From Clostridia bacterium (GTDB taxonomy: Bacteria; Bacillota; Clostridia; Oscillospirales; Acutalibacteraceae): a stretch of 64,000 nucleotides of DNA. Positions 19,628 through 26,741 of this stretch are shown piece by piece; the stretch's first letter is position 1; every line of letters begins with the position of its first letter. Position numbers and translations under genes: made by a program. The DNA is taken from assembly GCA_017396895.1 (NCBI GenBank), contig JAFQKN010000102.1, positions 3,472 through 67,471 of the forward strand, given 5' to 3'. Under the pieces are notes generated by a model, which saw only the letters and a program-made list of their open reading frames with translations, made no database searches and was not told the DNA's origin.

Positions 19628-19767
19628 GTAGCTTTTTGTTGACAAAACTGACAAAAAAGCAACTTTGGATTTCTTATATTGCACAAAAAAGAGAAAAACT
19701 CTTGTAAAACGATTTCGGATATGCTAATATAGTAAAAGTATATTAGTGCGTAAGGATAGGTGATTGT

Positions 19768-20580
19768 ATGGCTGCTCATTGCCCCAAATGTAATTATAAA
19801 CTCAAAATCACGGATTGGCGTCCGGAATGCCCGAAATGTGGTGTAAATGTTGTTTATTACGGCATTGAAGACAGACTGAATGCCGAAGCTGACAAAGCCG
19901 AATATGAACACGCGATGTTCCAGCCGAAAGTAGACAGGATCAAGTCTTCCTTTGTCGGTGATAACATTGCAAAAATCAGAATTGCACTTTGCATTCTTCC
20001 TGTGTTGGCAACCTTGCTTTCCATGGGTAGTATCACAATGAATGTTCCGTTTAAAGAAACGGTGGAGATCGGTTGGGTTTCCATTATCAATGTGGTTACA
20101 CTGTTTACGGAATACGGTTTTGATATCAATGCTATTTTTGCGGCACTTTCTTATGAACCTACCCGTATGGCATTTATCGGTTTTGCGCTTGCGTTGGTCG
20201 GTCTTGCATTGGCCGTTGTTACGTGGCTTGTCGGAATTATTATGCTTACGCTGTCCTGTTCCCCCAAAGGCATTCAGAGAAACGTAACGATCGCGTCTTT
20301 GGGAATCGGTTTCTCCGTTATTTCCTTTGTCGGCAGTGTTATCATGGCAGGTTCCATGGCAGAAGTTTTCCCCGGCATCTTCTCCGCAAGTGTTTCTCCG
20401 CTTGCGATGATCGGTTTTATCGTCACTTACGGTGCTGTGATTGCCATTAACATCATCAACAAGAAAAAAGGCATCACCATCAACTATAAAGACGTTTCCG
20501 AGTATCTCATTCCTTACGAAGAGAGACAGGCTCGCAAACAGGAAGCCGAAGCCGCCGAAGCCGCCAAAGCCGAAGCATAA
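19768..20580 (+). CDS. N-terminal zinc-ribbon, multipass membrane protein (unknown function; paralogue of 61098-61988)
   Basis: CPKCNYKLKITDWRPECPKCGVNVVYY, then about four hydrophobic helices and an EAEAAEAAKAEA tail. It aligns by eye with the 61098 gene product. Confidence 0.7.
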   Translation: MAAHCPKCNYKLKITDWRPECPKCGVNVVYYGIEDRLNAEADKAEYEHAMFQPKVDRIKSSFVGDNIAKIRIALCILPVLATLLSMGSITMNVPFKETVEIGWVSIINVVTLFTEYGFDINAIFAALSYEPTRMAFIGFALALVGLALAVVTWLVGIIMLTLSCSPKGIQRNVTIASLGIGFSVISFVGSVIMAGSMAEVFPGIFSASVSPLAMIGFIVTYGAVIAINIINKKKGITINYKDVSEYLIPYEERQARKQEAEAAEAAKAEA

Positions 20581-20593
20581 AAATCATAAATTT

Positions 20594-20626
20594 AGCCGTC
20601 TGCATCAGCAGGCGGCTGTTTTTTTG
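20594..20626 (+). terminator. rho-independent terminator
   Basis: AGCCGTCTGC (20594-20603) pairs with GCAGGCGGCT (20608-20617) with one G-U pair, followed by GTTTTTTT. Confidence 0.75.
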
Positions 20627-20662
20627 CTTTACGGAAAGCATTTCTACGGAATATACACTTAT

Positions 20663-21223
20663 TCAGGTTACATTCCCGTTTGTATCACAGGTCAATGTGA
20701 CTGTTTTTTCGATCGTCTGCAGTTTTACACCAAGGGAATGATGTTCAACATAAAAGGTTGCTGTTGCGGTGTTGGCTTGCTCAGCGCAGATGCAATCATT
20801 CAATTTCCAATTGCTGTCGTAGGTTTCAAAGCCGTAGTCTGCACGAATGCACTTTGCTGATGAAGCCGAATATACAAATTCTCCTGTCACCGTTGCTGAC
20901 CATAACAGCGTTTTATCGGAAGAATAATAATACACATACTTTGTTTTTGTAACGTCCTTTTGACCGGACATTCTGTAGATCAAACGCATCAGTTTTGTAA
21001 TCAGATTCTTGAACAGTGCAAGAATAACGTTCATTTCATGTTTTTCCGTTTCGCCCGGTGTTCCGGGCAGCGGCAAAGTAGAACTGAGCGGTTCATTGGT
21101 GATAACAAAGTAAGAGCCGTCTTCATTTTGTTCTGTTTGCATATTTGCCGTTACGGCATAAGCAGGGAATGCCGACAGGAACAGCATAACAATGCATAGT
21201 ATAATACTCACAATTCGTTTCAT
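20663..21223 (-). CDS. secreted hypothetical protein (last gene of the PadR operon)
   Basis: Signal peptide MKRIVSIILCIVMLFLSAFPAYA. The start overlaps the stop of the upstream gene (ATGA). I recognise no motif. Confidence 0.6.
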   Translation of the reverse strand: MKRIVSIILCIVMLFLSAFPAYAVTANMQTEQNEDGSYFVITNEPLSSTLPLPGTPGETEKHEMNVILALFKNLITKLMRLIYRMSGQKDVTKTKYVYYYSSDKTLLWSATVTGEFVYSASSAKCIRADYGFETYDSNWKLNDCICAEQANTATATFYVEHHSLGVKLQTIEKTVTLTCDTNGNVT

Positions 21224-21621
21224 ACACAGCGCCCTCCGAACGGAAAATGAAAAACAGACAGAATGATCTCTTCATAAAAACCGTGCGATTCCGTATGCAC
21301 ATCAATGAAGCTTGCAATCACAAAACAGAGATACACAAGCACAACTGCCAACAATGAACACAGAATGATCTTTCGGATGTTCATTCTTTTCTTGATTTGA
21401 ACAATGTCTGTGTTCTTCAAAAAACTGTCCGCAATTTCCTGTGGCGTGCCGAATGCAGAGATGATGCAATCAAAATCCGCGTTCGGTTCTTGATTTATGA
21501 ATTCATCAACATCATTCTTCAGATCTGTCAGAAACACTTTTTTGTTTTTTCGGTCACATAGCAGCAAGCTCTCGACATTGTTGAAATACTCGTTTAATTG
21601 CTTTTTCAGTGCATCATTCAT
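21220..21621 (-). CDS. DUF1700/HAAS-type membrane protein (PadR partner)
   Basis: QLNEYFNNVESLLLCDRKNKKVFLTDLKNDVDEFINQ...FGTPQEIADSF is the DUF1700-type N-domain, followed by a TM helix (IILCSLLAVVLVYLCFVIASF). It overlaps the padR stop. Confidence 0.65.
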   Translation of the reverse strand: MNDALKKQLNEYFNNVESLLLCDRKNKKVFLTDLKNDVDEFINQEPNADFDCIISAFGTPQEIADSFLKNTDIVQIKKRMNIRKIILCSLLAVVLVYLCFVIASFIDVHTESHGFYEEIILSVFHFPFGGRCV

Positions 21622-21955
21622 TTTCTTCCACCGCCTGCAGAATCAAATTAACGCCCAATGAAACTCTTTTGTATTCCTCCAACAGCGTTTTGTAATACTC
21701 TTTTCCTTTCTCTTCAAGGTGATAGTACTTACGCAAACGCTTGTTGACCACTTCATCGCGGTCGGAAATAAGTCCGTTTTCTACAAATCTGTACAAAACA
21801 GGATACAGAGTCCCCAAAGGTAATTCGAAATTTTTGTTGCTTTTTTCACTGATGGTCTTTACGAGTTCATACCCGTACATATCCTTTTGTGAAAGAACGC
21901 TCAGGACGATCAGCTCGACCGTTCCGCGCTTAAAATTGTCCGTATTTTGCATCAT
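21614..21955 (-). CDS. PadR-family transcriptional regulator
   Basis: GTVELIVLSVLSQKDMYGYELVKTISEKSNKNFELPLGTLYPVLYRFVENGLI...RKYYHLEEKGKE is a winged-helix PadR signature. Confidence 0.9.
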   Translation of the reverse strand: MMQNTDNFKRGTVELIVLSVLSQKDMYGYELVKTISEKSNKNFELPLGTLYPVLYRFVENGLISDRDEVVNKRLRKYYHLEEKGKEYYKTLLEEYKRVSLGVNLILQAVEENE

Positions 21956-21981
21956 TTTTTTCCTCTTAACTTATATAACCT

Positions 21982-22010
21982 ATTATAGCAAAAGCGAAAT
22001 ATCTTGTCAA
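21982..22010 (-). promoter_or_regulatory. sigma-A-type promoter of the padR operon
   Basis: On the minus strand: TTGACA (22010-22005), a 17-nt spacer, then TATAAT (21987-21982). Confidence 0.65.
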
Positions 22011-22054
22011 GTATATTATGTCACGCAAAATATATCTTGACACATAATATACTT
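22009..22054. promoter_or_regulatory. perfect 13-bp inverted repeat between divergent promoters (candidate PadR operator)
   Basis: AAGTATATTATGT (22009-22021) and ACATAATATACTT (22042-22054) are exact reverse complements, 20 bp apart. The half-sites end in ATGT / ACAT, as in published PadR boxes. The right arm lies in the spacer of the 22037 promoter and the left arm abuts the padR -35 box. Confidence 0.55.
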
Positions 22055-22065
22055 TGTGATATGAT
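22037..22065 (+). promoter_or_regulatory. sigma-A-type promoter for 22089-23160
   Basis: TTGACA (22037-22042), a 17-nt spacer, then TATGAT (22060-22065). Confidence 0.6.
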
Positions 22066-22088
22066 GAAATCAAGGAGGTGATAAAAAT

Positions 22089-22526
22089 ATGAGTGCAATG
22101 TTGGAAAAAATCAAAAAAATAGTTGCCGCAATCCTTTCGTTGTTTGCCATGATGCTGCCTTTAGCGGAACCGGGAATTGCAATGGATATCGAAATCAGGA
22201 ATGAACCGACACAGACCGTATATGTAAAATGGCAGAACAACACTTTCAGCACAATTTCCATGCCGCGCTTTTTTGTGGAACAGAATGTGAATGGCCAATG
22301 GGAAACGGTCGAATTTGATGAATATTTCGGTTTTCCGGAAATTTATGACCGCTATTTTCCGTTGCAAGGCAATGCTTTCACGGTTCGGTGTAAAGAAGTG
22401 TTCGGAAAAGATCTTGAACCCGGAATGTATCGATTCAATATTCAATATCATGTACAGTCAGCAGGCGGAATACAAGACAGAATTGCATCACAGGAATTTG
22501 AAATATTCCAAAGCCCGGGCGTATGA
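22089..22526 (+). CDS. small secreted hypothetical protein
   Basis: AAGGAGG RBS and a signal-like N-terminus (IVAAILSLFAMMLPLAEPGIA). The sequence is beta-rich with no recognised motif. Confidence 0.6.
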   Translation: MSAMLEKIKKIVAAILSLFAMMLPLAEPGIAMDIEIRNEPTQTVYVKWQNNTFSTISMPRFFVEQNVNGQWETVEFDEYFGFPEIYDRYFPLQGNAFTVRCKEVFGKDLEPGMYRFNIQYHVQSAGGIQDRIASQEFEIFQSPGV

Positions 22527-22554
22527 TTGAACTACATAAAAAGGATGCGATGTC

Positions 22555-23160
22555 ATGAAAAAATATTCAGTTGTTATTATAGTTTTCCTTTTTCTTTGTT
22601 GCTGTGCTATGCCTGTGAATGCAACAAAACAGCAAAATGTAACAATTGAACAGATAACGGCCCCCGTATTTGTTTTTCAAAAGGGAGATATTGACACAGA
22701 CGGCAGGATCACCGCGTCGGATGCAAGGCTTTGTCTGCGTGTCGCAGTGGGACTTGAAACTCTTAGCAAGGCACAAAAACAGGCAGTTGATATTTTCGGA
22801 AACGGTAATGTTGATGTTGCCTGTGCAAGGCGCATTTTGCGTGCAAGTGTCGGTCTGGAGCAAGCGGATTGTGATGAAATCCATGTAAACGCAGACGATA
22901 CTTTTCTGCAAGTCGGTCCATTTTTGACGGGCGGCAGCGGAAAGTATTATTGGCAGTGTTCCGTTCAGCCGCAGGATACATCCGTAAATGTTGAATTCTA
23001 TGTTCCGGAAACGAAGTCGCATGACAAAATCGGAGCACCTGTCGAACAGTATTTTCGTATTCTGTTGCATGAAAACGGTACTTATGTGTTTACCTTTACG
23101 TTCGGCAATGAAAATACGGGTGAAGTCCTTCGCACATATACACTGACGGTTATCGGTTGA
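22555..23160 (+). CDS. secreted dockerin-repeat protein
   Basis: Signal peptide (VVIIVFLFLCCCAMPVNA), then two EF-hand-like dockerin segments, GDIDTDGRITASDARLCLRVAVG and DIFGNGNVDVACARRILRASVG, followed by an unassigned domain of about 90 aa. Confidence 0.7.
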   Translation: MKKYSVVIIVFLFLCCCAMPVNATKQQNVTIEQITAPVFVFQKGDIDTDGRITASDARLCLRVAVGLETLSKAQKQAVDIFGNGNVDVACARRILRASVGLEQADCDEIHVNADDTFLQVGPFLTGGSGKYYWQCSVQPQDTSVNVEFYVPETKSHDKIGAPVEQYFRILLHENGTYVFTFTFGNENTGEVLRTYTLTVIG

Positions 23161-23227
23161 ATCTATTAAAAAACGGTTGAATAAAACAGCCTTCTTTGCT
23201 ATACTGAAAAGCAAAGGAGGCGTTTTT

Positions 23228-24448
23228 ATGCAGTTAAAACCAACACCCTTGCAACTTGCTTACAATGACCTTGAACTCGGCATTTTCTTTCATTTCGGCA
23301 TCCGCACGTTCAATGAACATCACCGCGATTGGGATATGAAGCACATGGAATTGTCCTCATTTAATCCCACGCAGTTGGATTGCGAAGCATGGATGCGTGA
23401 TGTTGTGAGAATGGGCGGTAAATACACCGTGTTGACCACCAAGCACCATGACGGCTTTTGCCTTTGGCCGACGGCATATTCCGATTATGCCGTGCAAAAC
23501 ACGCCTTATAAAAACGGGCAGGGGGATGTCATTCGCGAATACTGCGAGGCCTGTCGTAAATACGGAATCAAAGTCGGACTTTACTACTCCTGTGCACAAT
23601 TCGGTAGTAGGGAAATGAACAGTAAACAGTATAACGATTATGTCTGTGCACAGTTGCATGAACTGCTTGTGAATTACGGACAGATCGATATTCTTTGGTT
23701 TGACGGATGCGGCAGTGATAACTATGATTTTGACGTAGAACGCATACAGAAAACCATTTATGCTTTACAGCCGAACATTCTTGTGTTCGGCACATGGGGG
23801 AAGGATATCCGCTGGATCGGCAACGAATGGGGACTTGCCCCCATGCCGAATGATAATACTGTCGAAGGTTTCTACGCCCCAGGTGAATGCGATTGCTGTA
23901 TGACACGGTATGAAAACGAGAATTTCTGGTTCTACAATGAAACACATCGCAATTATGTTCGCACACCCGAAGAACTGGTCGGTCTTTATCTGTATTCCGT
24001 CGGCAGGGGTGCCAATCTGCTTGTGAATATTGCCCCTGACCGCCGCGGTCTGTTGCCGCAGGAAAATGTACAACGCATGGAAGAAATGAAAAAGGAGATC
24101 GAACGTCGTTATACCCAATGTGCATTGCAGACCGAACAGGCAGAGTATAATGTACAGGACAGGGAATACGTGCTTGTTTTTGATAAGCATCAACTTGTTG
24201 ATACCGTTATTTTGTCCGAAGATAATACGGACGGGGAAAAAATTCGTGCTTTCTCCGTTTATGCATCACAAAACATCGGCGAACGCGGTATCAGAATTTA
24301 CAGCGCAAACACTGTGGGAAGGAAACACATCTGCACATTTCCACCCATTCGTACGGGAAAACTGACGGTCGTGCTTGAAGATGCAGAAAAAGATGCACGC
24401 ATTGTCTCTCTTACCCCGTGTTATCACAGCGGAAAACAACCGTATTAA
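23228..24448 (+). CDS. alpha-L-fucosidase (GH29)
   Basis: ELGIFFHFGIRTF, GGKYTVLTTKHHDGFCLWPT, YGIKVGLYYS, ILWFDG. AAAGGAGG lies upstream of ATG 23228. The ORF-track start at 23177 has no RBS. Confidence 0.85.
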   Translation: MQLKPTPLQLAYNDLELGIFFHFGIRTFNEHHRDWDMKHMELSSFNPTQLDCEAWMRDVVRMGGKYTVLTTKHHDGFCLWPTAYSDYAVQNTPYKNGQGDVIREYCEACRKYGIKVGLYYSCAQFGSREMNSKQYNDYVCAQLHELLVNYGQIDILWFDGCGSDNYDFDVERIQKTIYALQPNILVFGTWGKDIRWIGNEWGLAPMPNDNTVEGFYAPGECDCCMTRYENENFWFYNETHRNYVRTPEELVGLYLYSVGRGANLLVNIAPDRRGLLPQENVQRMEEMKKEIERRYTQCALQTEQAEYNVQDREYVLVFDKHQLVDTVILSEDNTDGEKIRAFSVYASQNIGERGIRIYSANTVGRKHICTFPPIRTGKLTVVLEDAEKDARIVSLTPCYHSGKQPY

Positions 24449-24457
24449 GAATAAAAC

Positions 24458-24502
24458 AAATGCAGTATCACATTTTCCGTTCGGAGTTGTGATACTGCAT
24501 TT
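24458..24502. terminator. bidirectional terminator hairpin between convergent genes
   Basis: AAATGCAGTATCAC (24458-24471) pairs with GTGATACTGCATTT (24489-24502), flanked by A and T runs. Confidence 0.75.
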
Positions 24503-24504
24503 TG

Positions 24505-24957
24505 TCATTTATCTGCAAGATATTCGTCCAGAAAACGGGCTGCCATGCCGACCAGTTCCGAGCACGGCCGTTTTTGGTAAAACGATTCATTGCGCGGTGT
24601 CGGGGTAGGATCGCTGTTTTCCTTTTGCTGTAAACCGAGCAATTCTCGGCAGATATAAGAGCCGTTTTCGTCGGCAAACTGTTTCATAAGACTTTGCACA
24701 AGGGCATAGTGTTCTTTTTTTGCGATATTATCCGTCGGGCTGTCATAGCCGCAGATGATGCCTGCCGCCATGACCATGCCGCTGACCGCACCGCAAACTT
24801 CTCTTTGTCTGCCGAAACCGCCGCCGAAAGAGGATGCAAGTTTGTAACTTGTGTGTTCATCCAAGCCCGTTACGTCGGAAAATGCGGCAAACACTGCCTG
24901 TGCACAGTTGTAGCCCTCTTTGAAGAGGGCTACGGCTTTTTCTTCGTGTTTTGTCAT
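24505..24957 (-). CDS. C_GCAxxG_C_C-family redox-active protein
   Basis: GYNCAQAVFAAFSD, SSFGGGFGRQREVCGAVSG, YICRELL, RPCSELV. Confidence 0.85.
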   Translation of the reverse strand: MTKHEEKAVALFKEGYNCAQAVFAAFSDVTGLDEHTSYKLASSFGGGFGRQREVCGAVSGMVMAAGIICGYDSPTDNIAKKEHYALVQSLMKQFADENGSYICRELLGLQQKENSDPTPTPRNESFYQKRPCSELVGMAARFLDEYLADK

Positions 24958-25820
24958 TATGCCTTGCCGACAGAACCGAACAGGGTCATTTTTTCAATAA
25001 CGGTTTCGCGCATTGCTGCACAGCCGGGAGCAAGCAACTTTCTGGGGTCGAAGCCCTTGCCTGCAAGGTCTTTACCTTCTTCAATGTACTTGCGGGTTGC
25101 TGCTGCAAAGCTGAGCTGCAGTTCGGTGTTGACATTGATCTTGGAAACGCCGAGGGAGATGGCTTTCCGGATCATTTCAGCGGGGATGCCTGTGCCGCCG
25201 TGCAGAACGAGGGGCATAGTGCCGGTCTTTTCCTGAATCTTTGCAAGAACGTCAAAGTTCAAGCCTGCCCAATTTTCGGGATATTTGCCGTGAATATTGC
25301 CGATGCCTGCTGCAAGCATGGTAACACCGAGGTCAGCGATCATTTTGCATTCATCGGGATCAGCCACTTCGCCGCTGCCGATTACGCCGTCTTCTTCGCC
25401 GCCGATTGCGCCGACTTCTGCTTCAAGGGAAACACCCTTTGCACCTGCATCAGCGATGAGCTGTTTGGTCTTTGCAATGTTTTCATCGATCGGATAGTGA
25501 GAACCGTCGAACATGATGGAAGAGAAACCTGCTTCCAACGCTGCATAAGCACCTTCATAGGTGCCGTGGTCAAGGTGAAGAGCTACGGGAACCGTGATCT
25601 TGAGCGTGTCCATCATAGCGTTGACCATAGCAACGACCGTATTGAAACCGCACATATATTTAGCGGCACCTTCGGAAACACCGAGGATAACGGGAGAGTT
25701 GAGTTCCTGTGCGGTCTGCAGAACGGTTTTTGTCCATTCAAGATTGTTGATGTTGATCTGTGCAACGGCATATTTGCCTTCTTTTGCTTTTGTGAGCATT
25801 TCTTTTGCTGATACGAGCAT
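24957..25820 (-). CDS. fba: class II fructose-1,6-bisphosphate aldolase
   Basis: YAVAQININNLEW, VALHLDHG, SIMFDGS, GGEEDG, LAAGIGNIHGKY, LVLHGGTGIP, SKINVNTELQ. Confidence 0.95.
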   Translation of the reverse strand: MLVSAKEMLTKAKEGKYAVAQININNLEWTKTVLQTAQELNSPVILGVSEGAAKYMCGFNTVVAMVNAMMDTLKITVPVALHLDHGTYEGAYAALEAGFSSIMFDGSHYPIDENIAKTKQLIADAGAKGVSLEAEVGAIGGEEDGVIGSGEVADPDECKMIADLGVTMLAAGIGNIHGKYPENWAGLNFDVLAKIQEKTGTMPLVLHGGTGIPAEMIRKAISLGVSKINVNTELQLSFAAATRKYIEEGKDLAGKGFDPRKLLAPGCAAMRETVIEKMTLFGSVGKA

Positions 25821-25856
25821 TTTTATTTACCTCCGTATTTCATTTTCTAAACAAGT

Positions 25857-25885
25857 ATTATATTACAATCTGCATGATTGTGCAA
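25857..25885 (-). promoter_or_regulatory. sigma-A-type promoter upstream of fba
   Basis: On the minus strand: TTGCAC (25885-25880), a 17-nt spacer, then TATAAT (25862-25857). The spacer contains the small palindrome ACAATC-ATGCA-GATTGT. Confidence 0.55.
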
Positions 25886-25892
25886 GCCTTTT

Positions 25893-26741
25893 TTAGACAA
25901 ATTTGTTTGTGATACTGCCGATTCCTTCGATCTCACAGCGAACTTCATCACCCGGTTTTAAGAATTTCGGCGGCACAAAGCCCATGCCGACACCCGACGG
26001 TGTTCCTGTGGAAACGATCGAACAGGTTTTTAATGTCATGCCATCGGTCAGGTCTTCCAGAATCTGACCGATGCCTGCGAGCAGGAGGGATGTATTGCTG
26101 TCCTGTCGCAGTTCACCGTTTACATAACTGCGAATGTTCAAAGCGGGTTCAAAATCAAATTCGTCCGCTGTAACGATGCAAGGTCCCATGGGGGTGAAAC
26201 CGTCCAGACTTTTTGCAAAGTAAAACTGTTTGTGGCGTTGCTGTAATCCTCTTGCGCTGACATCGTTGATGATCGTGTATCCGAATACATAGGCTTTTGC
26301 ATCCTCTTTTTTTACATTTTTTGCATCTTTTGCGAGGATGAATGCCAGTTCCGCTTCGTAGTCGATCTGATCGTCCAATGTGGGGTAGGGAATGCAACCG
26401 CCGTCAGGCACCGCTTCGTTGACACGCTTTGAAAAGTAGACGGAATATTTTCTGTCTTTTTCAAAAACTTCCTTCTTGAAACGAGCCGATTCTTCCGCAT
26501 GTGCGGCATAGTTGATACCCAGACACAAAATGTCCTGTAACGGGTTTGGAATGGGTGCCAGGATCGCGACCGTGTCAATCGAATACGCTCCGTCTGTTGC
26601 GGTCAGTTCGTCAAATTCGTGCACTTTGCCGCTTGCAATGACTTCATTCATATCTGCAAAGGGCAGTTTATGCAGTGTGTTGTTTGTCCCCTGTACGGCA
26701 GGGAATGTTCCGTCTGCTGTCTTGATCGTGTATAAGCGCAT
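25893..26741 (-). CDS. fumarylacetoacetate hydrolase (FAH)-family protein
   Basis: ILCLGINYAAH, DYEAELAFILAKDAKNV, GYTIINDVSARGLQ, KSLDGFTPMGPCIV, STGTPSGVG. Confidence 0.9.
   Translation of the reverse strand: MRLYTIKTADGTFPAVQGTNNTLHKLPFADMNEVIASGKVHEFDELTATDGAYSIDTVAILAPIPNPLQDILCLGINYAAHAEESARFKKEVFEKDRKYSVYFSKRVNEAVPDGGCIPYPTLDDQIDYEAELAFILAKDAKNVKKEDAKAYVFGYTIINDVSARGLQQRHKQFYFAKSLDGFTPMGPCIVTADEFDFEPALNIRSYVNGELRQDSNTSLLLAGIGQILEDLTDGMTLKTCSIVSTGTPSGVGMGFVPPKFLKPGDEVRCEIEGIGSITNKFV

Noticed and set aside
19628-19665. A hairpin-like GCTTTTTGT...ACAAAAAAGC after rhaA, considered as a terminator.
   Set aside because: The stem is AT-rich and imperfect and is not followed by a T-run. I could not support it as an intrinsic terminator.
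20545-20578. A short GAAGCC/GCCGCC-type repetitive DNA run.
   Set aside because: It simply encodes the EAEAAEAAKAEA tail of the 19768 gene. It is not a CRISPR array or a non-coding tandem repeat.
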